A stretch of DNA of 64,000 nt from Takakia lepidozioides (GCA_030704615.1 CM060731.1:83514001-83578000), one strand, 5' to 3'. Shown: positions 51,584 to 64,000, counted from the stretch's first letter. Program-made: numbers and translations. Notes: a model not told the origin generated them from the letters alone.

Positions 51584-51679
51584 TCTATAAACTCGGACGC
51601 TCCTCTTCACGCAATCGATTCCCACTCCGGTTTTGAATACCATCCACCGTATCTGGTCTGTTTGTGGGCCGATTGCCTA

Positions 51680-53025
51680 CAAAAGGTTAGACTGTTCCCT
51701 GTCGTTTATGGAGTTAGGACGCATTCGAAGGTGGTTTCGAAGGAGGTCTCGGAGGGGGGTGTGCCTGAGATGGATCGGCATTAGATGGTCCGGCATATGA
51801 GGTACCACGGTTCTGTTGCACAACACGTCGATGAAGGTGGAATTGTAGTGGCAGGTTGTCATCTTCCGAGGCTTCAACTTCCGCCCAGTCCATTGCAGCA
51901 GAATGATGTATGCGTGTAGAAAACAAATCGACCTTGTTGCTCCTTAATGCCCATTGTGTTGATGGGGAGCTGGATCAGTTTGGGATTGTGGTGGAGTTGG
52001 TCGTATCGGTGAGGCATGTTCTTGTCTCGTCAACTATACAATGCGTTCGGCACCATCGTTTGTATGAACAGAGCTGCGTACGTCGCTCGGTCCTGGTAGT
52101 TCATCACCCCTGAGTTCCATTGGGCCACTGCTGGTGGCTTCAGCGTGTAGTGGCGGGCGAGAGTCGACCTCATTTTCATTCTCAAGACCATGTTCTGGGG
52201 AGGACACAATTGCAGCATGACCTTCATCTGCAATACGTACTTAATCAAGAAGGTCATCTAAGGTCGGCTAGATATAGACATCGTCCTTTGTGAACGTAAA
52301 CGGGTCATACGCATTGTCGGGAACATCATCGGACCCATCTCCACTATCGGAGCCAAATGACTCCCTCTGAGACTCGTATCATCACTCATCGAATCTGCCT
52401 TAGAAGCAGAGTCTTCAGAATGCAAGTTCATCTCATACCATGCTGCAGCATCATCCGCTGTCATCTCACGTAGCAGTCTGCAATTGGTATACACATATAT
52501 CAATTTGTGCCCTCGCGGGATTCAACCTGTTGCGAATCTTGTTGTGAACAAATGGGTATCTGCTCCAATTGCGTTCAAAAGATGAGGCAGAGCACACTTG
52601 GACAAGAATACGCTTTGCAATAGGAGCTAATGTTCTTGCTCCAGCTCCAATCAAATCTCACCATTCATATGACAACATGTTGAGCTCTTTCAGATCCGGC
52701 ATGTCCTCAAAAGGGTCGCGGCAATCTGAGAAGCATTGGTACTCGGATATAGCTCTTTCTGCCATGTTCAAAAGAGCCAGTCGCATGAGCACTCATACGA
52801 GGCCGGCCTTGGCATCAACGTCGTCTCGGAGCATGGTATTGTCGAGCAAGAATGGATTGAGCAAGCCCCTGCATAATGCAAGTCCGTTCGAACCATCGAC
52901 CGACAGTTGTAAAATGCATTATCAGCACTGTCCGCAAGTTTAGGTTCCAAGGAGAAAGGAGGATGCCTAAGGGATTGGACATACTTCCCAAGATTTTGCA
53001 TTATTAACCATGTCTTGCCCATTAC
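51680..53025 (-). pseudogene. hAT (DUF659-type) transposase, C-terminal fragment
   Basis: DLHYAG...LNP; WWDLIG; LAPIAKRILVQVCSASSFERNWS...HNKIRNRL...VYTN dimerization domain; frameshifted. Confidence 0.85.
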
Positions 53026-53037
53026 TGGTTGCCTTTG

Positions 53038-53740
53038 TCGTGCGCATACATATCGCTACACAACTACATCGCTGTCCAAACCACACAACGCATGTGCACG
53101 CCACACACTAGTATATCACTAGTCCACCACTAGTCCAACCACTAGGCTACAACTAGTCAGTCACTAGGCTGCCACTATGCTGCCCACTATGGCAGTCACT
53201 AGTCCACACAATGATAAAGAAGAAGAATACAAGCACAAGCTCATGCGAGCTCACAAAGCTGAAGCATAAACTCATGCATATATAAACTCATCACTCAAAT
53301 ACAAGTCAAGCCAAGTGCACCCCACGCTATGGGAAATCCACACTACGGTGCCATAGCTAGGCGCGGTGAGGCTCAACTCGAGAAAGATGAGCCCACCGCG
53401 ATCTGCCGTGAAGATAACAATGTCAGGTGCCAAACATGTATTGGCCCCTGGATTGACACTTGGATCAATCCCAAATGTCAATATATAAAAGCTAGCTATT
53501 TCCTAGCTAACTTCACACTAGTGGTAAAATAACTTGACAGCTATCGTGCGCATACATATCGCTACACAACTACATCGCTGTCCAAAACCACACAACACAT
53601 GTGCACGCCACACACTAGTATATCACTAGTCCACCACTAGTCCAACCACTGGTCCAATCACTAGGCTACAACTAGTCAGTCACTAGGCTGCCACTATGCT
53701 GCCCACTATGGCAGTCACTAGTCCACACAATCGCCCCCCT
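53038..53740 (-). repeat. About 180-bp direct duplication (53038-53210 / 53545-53730) rich in CACTAG micro-repeats; possibly a retrotransposon LTR preceded by a polypurine tract
   Basis: The duplication is directly visible. The minus strand reads AGGGGGCGA-T-TGTGTGG at about 53740-53724. Confidence 0.5.
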
Positions 53741-54084
53741 AGCTGGTGCTTAGGTCCCTCTAAGTCCAAGTAGCCACAAGATGTAATAGTGACCATAGCC
53801 TCACTAAGTCCTCCACCACACTCAAACTCGATAGATCAAGAGGCCGGGTGCAAGAGTTGCCCCATCGTTAATCACCGTCTTGCAACCTGTGAACTTGAGC
53901 TTGGGATCTCAGGTATTGACTCCTATGAGCTTGGCCTCCCAAGTCTTGTTAGCTGCCTCCAGTCATGGCTATTGCCACTATCCCAAGCAGTGTGGACACA
54001 ACCAATCGCCGTCAGGAACCTTCTCAAGAGGTGGTGTCAAGCATCCCATATGTCAACCCCTTGAGCATCGATCACACACCAGCA

Positions 54085-55899
54085 CAACGACGCAATGGCG
54101 TGAGCGTTGCGCGTGAGCGCACGAGCGTACGCTCACGCAGGAGTGACGTGGCGTGAGCGTCATGTCAGCATGCTGATGTGGCGGTAAATGATGACATGGC
54201 ACTGTCCGTCATCTGCCACGTCACCATTAACATGCGCCGCCTATCACCGTGGATGGTCCTATGACCGTGGAATTAATGCAGGGAATCTTACCTAAATAGA
54301 ATCAAGACGAGCATTGAGGCCTACAATTGCAGCATCCAACATTGTGCAATTACAAATGCTTGTTTCACTTTTACAATTACGAGGACGACAAAATATCCTC
54401 ACAAAGTGTGCGCCATAAAGGCTGCCACGGGAAGACCTTCCTCCCTCCTCAAATAACAATGAGAGTTAGGATCATCTTCAAAAGATGATTGTAGTGCATA
54501 GCGACAGCAAGACATATAGACTTCGAATGGTGCAATGACAAATGTGCACTACCTAAAAGTTGTCACTTAGAGCTCACTCCGTATAGTTGGAGGCCATATC
54601 ATTGCACAGCCGACGAATTGATGTGAATTACACATTTCAAATCATGGTCATCCACATACCACATTACATAGTTCATGCTACCCATGTGTTGTATCCCGCT
54701 GCAAAAGAGTATCGACCTCGTTGAAACTCATAGTGGCCTGGTGAATGAAGTTGTCACGTTTGGGATCGCAAACCATCCTCCTCAAAAATATGAAATACAA
54801 ATGTTTGCAGGGTATGAATTTACCTCTCTTGCCCAAACTGGTTGATAGCATATTCACAAAATCAGGACATGTGCAATTGGGGAAATTGGAAACCGTGATG
54901 TCGTAGGTCCTGTCATGAACAGCAGATGTGGAAGTGATGATTGTGAATACCCGACCATATCTTGGATCGGGTACTTCCGTGGTGCTTCCAACACGAGCTT
55001 GGAGCATTCTTGCGGACTCCACTTTGCCAAAGTGTTCAGCGGTTGGAGGGAAACGCCGAACGAGCTTTCCATCTCGTTTGGTTGGCCACAAGTCAGGATT
55101 TGCCGGGGGGACCCGGGAGGATGCAGAAGTAGTAGCACATGCATGGAGTTGGGGTTGTCTCGCAAGGGAAAAACCTGCCTCCTCCAGCATTTCAATCTCC
55201 TGAAAGCTGAGATGTGTTCCCACCTTCACGGGCCAAACGGTTGGAGGAGTTGGCTTCATCACTATGGAAGGACGCACAGTTCCATGCACACATCTGGCAC
55301 AATCATCTGCGCAGAACCAGAACTTGTGGTTCTTGGCTTCTGGTTGACCGTATGGACGCATCAAGCCCGTGAAAGTCGGAGCAGGAGTTCGGGCACCACC
55401 TCTGGATATAGATGAAGTGCACTTCTCGAAATTAGTTGCCCTGATCGCTGTACATTTCACACGAGACCCTACACTTGTGCGTTCTATGTGCCAAACGTGG
55501 TCGGGGCATGCAGACTCAAGCACATCAAGGGGGTTGTTTCTCTCCTGCACCATTTCAGTGGCACTGTTTGATGCTGGAGCTTGCCGTCGTGTTGGAGGTT
55601 CCTCCACAATGGAGGTTCCGGACATGGAGCTGTCATGCAGGGGAACACAAGGCTTCGAGAAGTTATCACAATCTGCCCTATAGGAATCTGAATCCGAACC
55701 AGGTGGAGTGTTCAATTTCCTCTTACAGGAGCCGAATCTCTCCTCCCCTTCAAGATGTGGAACTCTATAAACAAGTGGCGTTCCCTGGGCATACATGCTC
55801 ACCGCCCGTGCTATCTTGATTGGATCCCCAGATCTGTTTGCAGCACGCAACATCAACTCCTATTTGTCCGGACCCTTGCCACCAACCCCACCTCGTAAG
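54085..55899. mobile_element. T-end plus transposase 3' part of a third related element copy, cut by the insertion at 55900
   Basis: Terminus CAACGACGCAATGGCGTGAGC, GTGAGC repeats and CCTAT.ACCGTGG subterminal repeats at 54240-54270. Confidence 0.7.
54678..55899 (-). pseudogene. C-terminal part of a Mutator-like transposase with SWIM zinc finger
   Basis: PHLEGEERFGSCKRKLNTPPGSDSDSYR; FWFCADDCARCV; FPNCTCPDF-X12-IPCKHLY (SWIM). Collinear with 57355-58600. Confidence 0.88.
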
Positions 55900-56934
55900 G
55901 GGGGGTGCTATTCTGTGAACCCGGAGGCGTGAGCCTGTGAGCCCAGGAAACCGTGAGCCCAGCACAGGCTCACGCCACGTCAGCATACATACAGGGCCTA
56001 TTTCCGCGGGTGTCACCTATTTCCGCGGGTTGATCAGCCATTTCCCGGGAATGCAGAGTGGATATGTTACATCCATTGTATCCATTGCATCCATGCAGAC
56101 GTTATCAACATACCAAGCCCTCACAAGTTTATGTGGGTACGTCGTGAGGAGGTGCACACTGACATGATCTAAAGCAGAACCCTGCGAAATCTTTTCTTAC
56201 TCACCACCCTTGCGAACATGCCAGATATGTGCGGGAGCATCATGGATGCTCATTAGATTTGAGAATGCCTCACAGCTCTTTGATGAGGTGGACTTCACCG
56301 TGATGGATTCACCAACCATTCTTCTAGCAGGAATGGTTTGGAGACCAACGAGCAACTGCGAGAATGCTCTACACGAACCAAAGTCGTTTGTTTGTATTTG
56401 CAATGCACTCAAGTCTGTGAGGTCCAGAGAACACTAAATAGATTGAAGGAACAATCCGGGCAGTCCATGCAACCCCCATCTCCAACAATAGTTTGTTCCC
56501 ATTAATGTGCATTCCACGCACACATTGCAAACAGGACAACAAGGACACACAACCATCCTATTTCAAATTTGGCCCCGAATAAAACGAAAAGAAAACTTCA
56601 TATCAAGTGTCACAGTCATCAGAATCAGTCTCGACCTCCTGTGCTATGTCATCCACAAAGATTCTGGCCCCAACACCACGTCTTCTACCACGGCCGTGGA
56701 TAGGTGGACTCCAAGTGCCATGAACGGTCATGCTTGTTGCGAGTGCCTCCGCATAGACAGGTAGCACGCAAGACCGAGGAGGACTGGAAAGAAGTCCAAA
56801 CAGGTGTGATAGCCCTGGAGGGCAAGTGGAAGCACGCGGACTCCTGCACATGTCGACAAAAACCCATTCAGAACACAATATGCAATACACAAGTCCAACG
56901 AAGAGGATGTCTGCCATGTGAACTTTGCCTCAAG
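55900..56934. mobile_element. M-end fragment with the last exon of a gene-B-type companion gene (minus strand)
   Basis: Inverted homolog of about 36452-37296; SPRASTCPPGLSHLFGL...ARIFVDDIAQEVETDSDDCDT at 56603-56845. Confidence 0.85.
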
Positions 56935-57354
56935 CAGCGTAGCTACGGCGTGAGCCCAGCCCCGTGAGCCTGGGAGCTGAGCTCACGTTCAAGCTTTGAA
57001 GTGTGAGCTGAGCTCACGCTTCAGGGAAGCGTGAGCGGCACGAATCTGCTGGAGAAGCAGGTCCTATAGGCGAGGATTGCAGGAAGAGGGCCTATTACCG
57101 TGGACAAAACAAAGGAGGCCACCATGCACCATGTCTGCAATGCGTGCCAAAAAAGAGGAATATGTAAATATGGCAGATTTGAGCTCAGAATGATTGACAC
57201 AGTTTATTTCAATTCACAGAGAGACGCTTACAATGAATCGCAAGTGCATTTGCCCTGGTTCCGTGAACGAAATGTATATGTTTGTCATAAAATGAAAAGT
57301 CTTCACACGGCAACCTGGAAACCAGCATGGGAAGCGGGCATGGCTCGTATGTGT

Positions 57355-60300
57355 TCAAAGAGAAGTTGGCGGAGCTCTACGCGAGGTGTCCCGCTGCAGA
57401 AGGGTGATGACTTCTCCGTAGCCTAGTGTGGCTTGGTGAATGAATTGGTCTCTCTTACCGTCGCAACACATAATTACAAGGTATATGTAATATTGATGCT
57501 TGCAGGGGACCCACTTCCCTCTCATGCCGAGAGCGCCCTCACGCATCGTTACAAAATCCGGACAAGTGCACGAAGGGAAATTCCCGATGGTAACCTGATA
57601 TTCTTTGGCATGAAGAACTGAGCCAATTGACAGCACTGTGTAAATCCGTCCATACCCCGGGGAAGGGACTTCGGTGATACGAGTCACCCGAGCCTGCAAA
57701 ATTCTAGCCGATTCCATCTTGCATTTGTGATCTGCACCCGAAGCAACACGGCGCACTGTTTTTCCATCTCTTTTTGTTGGGTGGGAGTCGGCACCGGGTG
57801 GAGGCATTGTCGGAGCATGTGGCACATCTGTGCCGACAGTGCATAAGGGCACCACCCGGGACCGTGCAAGACAAAACCCTCCCTCCTCCAGCATGCTTAT
57901 CTCGGTTGAGGACAGCGATGTCCCAATTTTCACAGGCCAAATTGCGGGGGGAGGGGGCTTCATTATCACGGAAGGACGAACTGTTCCCTTCACGCATCGT
58001 GCCATATCGTCTGGGCAGAACCAAAACTTGTGCTCTTTTGACTCCCCACTATGATAAGGTCGGAACAACCCTGTGAATGTTGGAGCTGGAGTCCCTCTGG
58101 AGCCTTTGCATATTTTTTATTTGCATTTCTTGAATGAGGGGGTCCGAATTGCCATGCAAGCCACTCTAGATCCTGGTGGGGTGCGTTCTATATGCCAGTC
58201 ACTATCAATGCAATCAGATTCCTGCACCATGGCCACCACCTCCTCCAATGGGATTCCCGCTGCTATGCTTGCATGTTCTGCACCTGCTCCACAGGAGGAG
58301 GACCCACCTGGGAAGGGGCCGGCACAGGACTTAGTCTGCACTGGAGACACCTTTGGCATAGAGAAATTGACCCTGTCTGGCCTATGGGAATCTCCATCTG
58401 ACCCTGGAAGAGTGTTTAATTTCCTTTTGCATGATCCAAATCTTTCCTCGCCTTCCAAATGGGGGAGCCTGGATTGCAGAGGGGAGCCTTCAGTGCACCT
58501 GTTTAGAGCTCTGGCCATCTTTGACGGGTCTCCGGACCTACTCGCAGCCCTTAGCATCAACAAAGTCGTATCGGGGCCCTTCCCTCCACCCCGTCCCATC
58601 AGAAAATTGCGGTACCTGGTTTGTTGTGTAAGTGCCCGCACCATGTCATCAGCAGTGGCCACATACAAGTCACGACCTGCTTTGGTAGACTGCTGCATCC
58701 AGGCGTTGTGAACAGTCTCTGCCAAATTACACGATGGCATGTCGGCCAAGTCCTCCAAGGACATGTCCTGCAGGAGGCATTGCATGGAAATGTGAGGAAG
58801 GAAAAGAAATGGTAGAGGTTCTTCAAGTGACAATCGAACAACCCCAAATGAACAGGCACGATGCAAAGTGCAATTTGTGTTTAAGGAAAACTTGTCAGGC
58901 TTACCGTCGTCATGAAAGCTCCCCACTGTCTGTACCTGAAGTGCCAGAAAACCAACCAGTCCTCCAACTCCTTCAGGTGGATACCTGTAGCAGCACCAGA
59001 GGAGAACCACCAAGCCCGGATTGCCTGGTAAGTGCTCTCAGCTTCTTCCATTGAGGTGGCATTCTTGTACTTCAGACAGAGCCTTCTATGCTCCAACTGA
59101 AGGTCAGGGCGAATGCAGCGCTTTGTATGACGTGCCAGAGATTGACTCCAATGGAAGAGGCATGTGCGCTCCCTATTTTCCATTGGGACCTTAGGATCCC
59201 CCGAACCAAACACGCGCCGCACTGCATTGAAATTTGCCTGTGCACTATCAGCCATGAAGCCCGCAAAATTTGTGTTCTGTATTCCATTGCGCTGCATGAC
59301 GGCCAGGAGGGAATTCCACATGAGCATCTGGGATTCAGTGTCCTCCGACTGCATATCACAAATTGCTATGGAGAGCACACGCTGGTACGCTGGATCATAC
59401 ACATGGCACGCCATGGTTGTCCAACCCTTCACCCGTTTGCAGTGATCAAACATTAACCAACATTTAGCCAAATCTCCTCCAGGTTGCATTCGGCGGACAA
59501 TGCTCACACCACTGCCTTGGCCCACAGCGGACATCTTGAACAAATACACTTTGGACGAGCCCTGGCCAGGGAAGATACTGTTTTGAATGAATTCATAGCG
59601 ACTCCTCCGTTTGAGGTCCATAATGTTGTCCATGAATCCAGCAGTGCCTGTGCCCATTCTGAGTGCATTCACCTGGTTTCGAATATTGGGAGAGCTCAAC
59701 ACGGAGAAATGGTCCATGACTGCCTCAAGGGAATCTGCATCCAGCATTGGTTGTGTCGCATCCCCTTCACCCAGTATGTGTTTTTCCAGGAATGCCTTGC
59801 TAGCTGCAAGCGCTATAGCAGAAGGTGTTGCACAAGGGGCATTGTGGAACTCCTGCTTCAGTAGATTTCTAGCGATGTCCACGCTATCCCTGCAACTCCC
59901 TTTGGACACAGGATGCTCGTGTGCACCCATATGAATGCAGGCACGAGTCATTGTCTTGCATCGATGTGCCACCTGATACATACGAGCGTGGCAAACAGAA
60001 ACACAGGACGGGGAAAGTTTGCAGAACCTGCACACAAAAGTATTGGTCTTGGGAGGTGCAAGCCCTGGGGTGAAAGGATTCAGGGGCACACCTTCCCACT
60101 CACTTTCGTTTGGCTGAGCGCTGTTTCTCAGCCGAGGGCAAGAAATATTCAGGCACTTGCAATGCCCAACGCAAACCGACCTCCGAAATTTCAAGCCAAT
60201 GTCGTTATGGATGTTCGACGTTTTTGTCCTGCACCAAGGATGTCCGTCATGTTTCTTGTCCATGCCCTGCAGAAGCCCAGCCAGTCCACTGGAAGACGTG

Positions 60301-60935
60301 GGAGGGTTGAGCTCAAACAAGATGTCCCCATCAAACTGAGCTGGCACGTATTGAACCCGTTGCACTGGAAGGGACTCCCAATCAACAAAACGTAGCTCGC
60401 TCTTGCACCCAGGCACACCTGCGAGGGCTTTCAATTTTGGAATGACACTCGTTATCTCTTGCAATTCGTCATCATCCAATAAGGGAGTTTGCACTGGCGG
60501 AGGAATCTCAGAAACATCCTCCGAGGACGAGTCTGAAAGAGTCACGAAGGTAGTGGATGTGCTCACCTCTTGTTTCACAGGAACTGTGCCCTTCTGTTGC
60601 ACGACCGATGCTGCAGTGCCAGGGGTAACGACTGATCCTGCTGATTGTCTTCTCTCTTTTCCAAGGACACGGTATGTTCCTGGAAGGACTCTCCACTTCC
60701 TTCCACACTCGCCAACCAAAGGTTTCTCCAAGTGCCCAGAATCCAAATTCCCATCCTCGTCATACACCTCTTTCTGAACAAGCAGAGAACCCAACTCCAG
60801 CGGGAACACTGTAACCAGCTCATCCTCATGAACAACTGCATACCCATCGTCGTCTGCAGTGGCAGTCAGTGGAAGAGTACCTGCATTGGAATGGAATCGA
60901 GCGAGTGCATCTCGCTCCCTCGACATGTTTTCCAT
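57355..60935 (-). pseudogene. Near-intact Mutator-like transposase (GCM-like Zn domain, MULE DDE, Cys-rich region, SWIM) with one intron and one premature stop
   Basis: HDGHPWCRTKTS...CVGHCKCLNISC...CRFC...C...HMGAHEHP; LMFDHCKR; FMADSAQANFNAVRRVF; TCLFHWSQS; intron 58904-58768; SCNLAETVHN; in-frame TAA at 58117-58119; CTCPDF...PCKHQY. Confidence 0.9.
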
Positions 60936-61737
60936 CACTGAACGAAAGTGGCGATTCAGAACGGAATCCCCGAACTGAGAGCCCGTAATTATCGAAAGTG
61001 GAAATACCACAAGCAAACTGAGGTCAACAAGGGTAGCACCAAACCAAAGGCTGCGGCGATGCATGCAAAGGATGTAGGGATGACGTGCACCTTCACCTCC
61101 CACCAACCAGAAAAACTGTTTTGAAAGACCAGAGCCACAAGAAGCCGTGCTGTTTTTGGATGGAAAACAAACCCTGAAAATGACATGAAACCATCCATTA
61201 TGAAATGACGGCAACAACCCTGGAGAGCAGTAAACAGGAAGATCCGATTGTAATGAGATTGTGTTGTGCCAGAATAGCACAGAACAAACACTGACACTCC
61301 AAGAGATACCTCGCACGAATGTGTGCAACACATGGTCATATCCGACACAATCCTTTATACCGAATGACCCCATGGGGACGGTCACGGCAAAATGAAAACC
61401 ACAGGGCAGGCAGTACAACACACGTGGATGCATATGTGAAGCATAACAATTATTGCGAATCTGGAAGAACTGCTCGGAATTGAAAAAGCACTACATTTCT
61501 ACGGCACATTCGAATTTGAAAGAAGGCAAGGAGGCCGCCATGTATTGGCAGGCGGCGAAGTACATCTGACATATATCGCAAATGCATGCAACGGATGCTC
61601 TTTTTCTTCGGCGCTTTATTAGCTGGGTAATACAAAGACGCCAAAATGGATGAATTCCGTTCGCACACAATATCAACACCCGCATCCAAATACGGTTGAC
61701 AACGTCCATTTTGATTTTTGTTACATGCGATACCAGC

Positions 61738-62229
61738 ACTTGTTGCAAACGTCAAACTGGAGAGCTCCAGGGGCATCGTGGGGAGCCCTTGTTTCCAGCG
61801 GAGGAGAAAGAGAAGGAAGTCATTATACTTCACGAGTTCTAGAAACAGGAATAGAGCCAAATATAGAATGAGGATGGAAAGAGTGGAGGAAGAGGAAAAG
61901 GAGGAAGAAGAGGGAATACAGGAAAGTGTGGCGATGGAGGAGCAGGAATCTGGAGAAGAACAACAACCCACCATAGTTCCAGGAACAGGCGAGGAGGACA
62001 CTGCGTCTGAGGGAGAGACAGACGACATGGAGGAAGATGTTGACACTGGCCTCATGAAGAATCTGACTACGGGAAAGAGGAAGGGGGAGAGGCTCACCTA
62101 CATAGTCGGCGAAGAGAGCAGCCCGAAGCGGAAAGGGTCCCCGGCAATTGGGGAGTCTTCTCGAGTAGCCACGAAAAAGGTAAAATCTACAGGACCCACA
62201 TTTGTGAAGAATTCGGCCTTCAAGGGCAG
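61738..62229 (+). CDS. Probable early exon of the family-2 companion gene (basic then acidic low-complexity)
   Basis: Open frame between a CCAG acceptor (about 61737) and a CAG|GTATTT donor (about 62230); divergent from the transposase; weak similarity to 21776-21990. Confidence 0.45.
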
Positions 62230-62249
62230 GTATTTGAGAAAGAAAGAAC

Positions 62250-64000
62250 CATTCAGTGGCAGCTCAAACAGTGTGCGTTGCCGCACACTGTTTGAGCTGC
62301 ACATGACACTGTTTAAGGGTGCAAAATTCTTCCTTCAACGACACCTTTCTGAGGATGAAATGAACCCTTCACTTCCAGCTCAAACAGTGTGCGGCAACGC
62401 ACACTGTTTGAGCAGATCTTTTCAATGTTTTAGGGTGCAAAATTTGGCCTTGCAGTCAGTTATCTGCGGGTGAAATGAACCCTTCACTGCCAGCTCAAAC
62501 AGTGTGCGGCAAAGCACACTGTTTGAGCTGAACATTTCAATGTTTTAGGGTGCAAAATTTGGACTTCAGGGGCACCTATCTGAGGATGAAATGAACCCTT
62601 CACTGCCAGCTCAAACAATGTGCGTTGCCGCACACTGTTTGAGCTGAATGTTTCAATGTTTTAGGGTGCAAAATTTGGACTTTAGGGGCACCTATCAGAG
62701 GATGAAATGAACCCTTCACTGTCAGCCCAAACAGTGTGCGGCAACGCACACTGTTTGAGCTGAACATTTCAATGTTTTAGGGTGCAAAATTTGGACTTCA
62801 GGGGCACCTATCTGAGGATGAAATGAACCCTTCACTGTCAGCCCAAACAGTGTGCGGCAACGCACACTGTTTGAGCTGAACATTTCAATGTTTTAGGGTG
62901 CAAAATTTGGACTTCAGGGGCACCTTTCTGAGGATGAAATGAACCCTGCACTGCCAGCTCAAACAGTGTGCGGCAACGCACACTGTTTGAGCTGAACATT
63001 TCAATGTTTCAGGGTGCAAAATTTGGACTTCAGGGGCACCTATCTGAGGATGAAATGAACCCTTCACTGTCAGCCCAAACAGTGTGCGGCAACGCACACT
63101 GTTTGAGCTGAACATTTCAATGTTTTAGGGTGCAAAATTTGGACTTCAGGGGCACCTATCTGAGGATGAAATGAACCCTTCACTGTCAGCCCAAACAGTG
63201 TGCGGCCGCACACTGTTTGAGCTGAACATTTCAATGTTTCAGGGTGCAAAATTTGGACTTCAGGGGCACCTATCTGAGGATGAAATGAACCCTTCACTGT
63301 CAGCCCAAACAGTGTGCGGCAACGCACACTGTTTGAGCTGAACATTTCAATGTTTTAGGGTGCAAAATTTGGACTTCAGGGGCACCTATCTGAGGATGAA
63401 ATGAACCCTTCACTGCCAGCTCCAACAGTGTGCGTTGCCGCACACTGTTTGAGCTGAATGTTTCAATGTTTTAGGGTGCAAAATTTGGACTTCAGGGGCA
63501 CCTATCTGAGGATGAAATGAACCCTTCACTGTCAGCCCAAACAGTGTGCGGCAACGCACACTGTTTGAGCTGAACATTTCAATGTTTTAGGGTGCAAAAT
63601 TTGGACTTCAGGGGCACCTATCTGAGGATGAAATGAACCCTTCACTGTCAGCCCAAACAGTGTGTGTTGCCGCACACTGTTTGAGCTGAACGTTTCAATG
63701 TTTTAGGGTGCAAAATTTGGACTTCAGGGGCACCTATCTGAGGATGAAATGAACCCTTCACTGTCAGCCCAAACAGTGTGCGGCAACGCACACTGTTTGA
63801 GCTGAACATTTCAATGTTTTAGGGTGCAAAATTTGGACTTCAGGGGCACCTTTCTGAGGATGAAATGAACCCTTCACTGCCAGCTCAAACAGTGTGCGGC
63901 AACGCACACTGTTTGAGCTGAACATTTCAATGTTTTAGGGTGCAAAATTTGGACTTCAGGGGCACCTTTCTGAGGATGAAATGAACCCTGCACTGCCAGC
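62250..64000. repeat. 116-bp tandem repeat (about 15 copies, runs off the window), each unit with the hairpin CAGCTCAAACAGTGTGCG-GCAA-CGCACACTGTTTGAGCTG
   Basis: GGAC anchor at 62561, 62677 and 62793 (period 116); highly homogeneous units. Confidence 0.97.

Larger units (their letters stand above)
56935..64000. mobile_element. Family-2-type large Mutator-like element: T-end, near-complete transposase (minus), start of companion gene (plus), hairpin satellite; continues beyond the window
   Basis: Terminus CAGCGTAGCTACGGCGTGAGC begins exactly where homology of the flank to about 36455 stops; CCTATTACCGTGG subterminal motif. Confidence 0.75.

Noticed and set aside
60936-61433. N-terminal 166 aa of the 850-aa ORF as part of the transposase
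   Set aside because: It reads like open 5'UTR or intron sequence; comparison with the family-1 transposase start suggests initiation near 60935.
62250-64000. 116-bp repeat as a 5S rDNA, tRNA or CRISPR array
   Set aside because: No 5S or tRNA sequence or Pol III boxes recognised; spacers are identical between units.

Overview
This is repeat-rich, intron-containing eukaryotic DNA, almost certainly from a land plant. The WRC-domain gene and the DUF659-type hAT, CACTA, L1 and Ty3/Gypsy relics point that way. A non-seed plant is my guess and is not shown. The window holds one probable host gene (MRIRKR...WRC protein, 45.1-49.9 kb, minus strand) and a decayed Ty3/Gypsy element (1-7.9 kb). Much of the rest is nested copies of what appears to be one undescribed type of large DNA transposon, in at least two divergent families. 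Pieced together, its layout is: short terminus (N7-GCWAYKBYRTGARC) <- Mutator-like transposase (GCM-like Zn domain + MULE DDE + SWIM) | divergently oriented multi-exon companion gene (ParB/Srx-like DGNHR domain + beta-class N4/N6 DNA amino-methyltransferase-like domain) -> short terminus. Each family has its own tandem arrays of palindromes or hairpins, between the two genes and/or inside companion-gene introns. Family 1 uses GGATGGAAATTCGGCGCCGAATTTCCATCC; family 2 uses a 116-bp unit with an 18-bp-stem hairpin. All copies here are truncated, rearranged or carry stop codons. Domain calls come from motif recognition by eye, with no database search, and exon boundaries are approximate.
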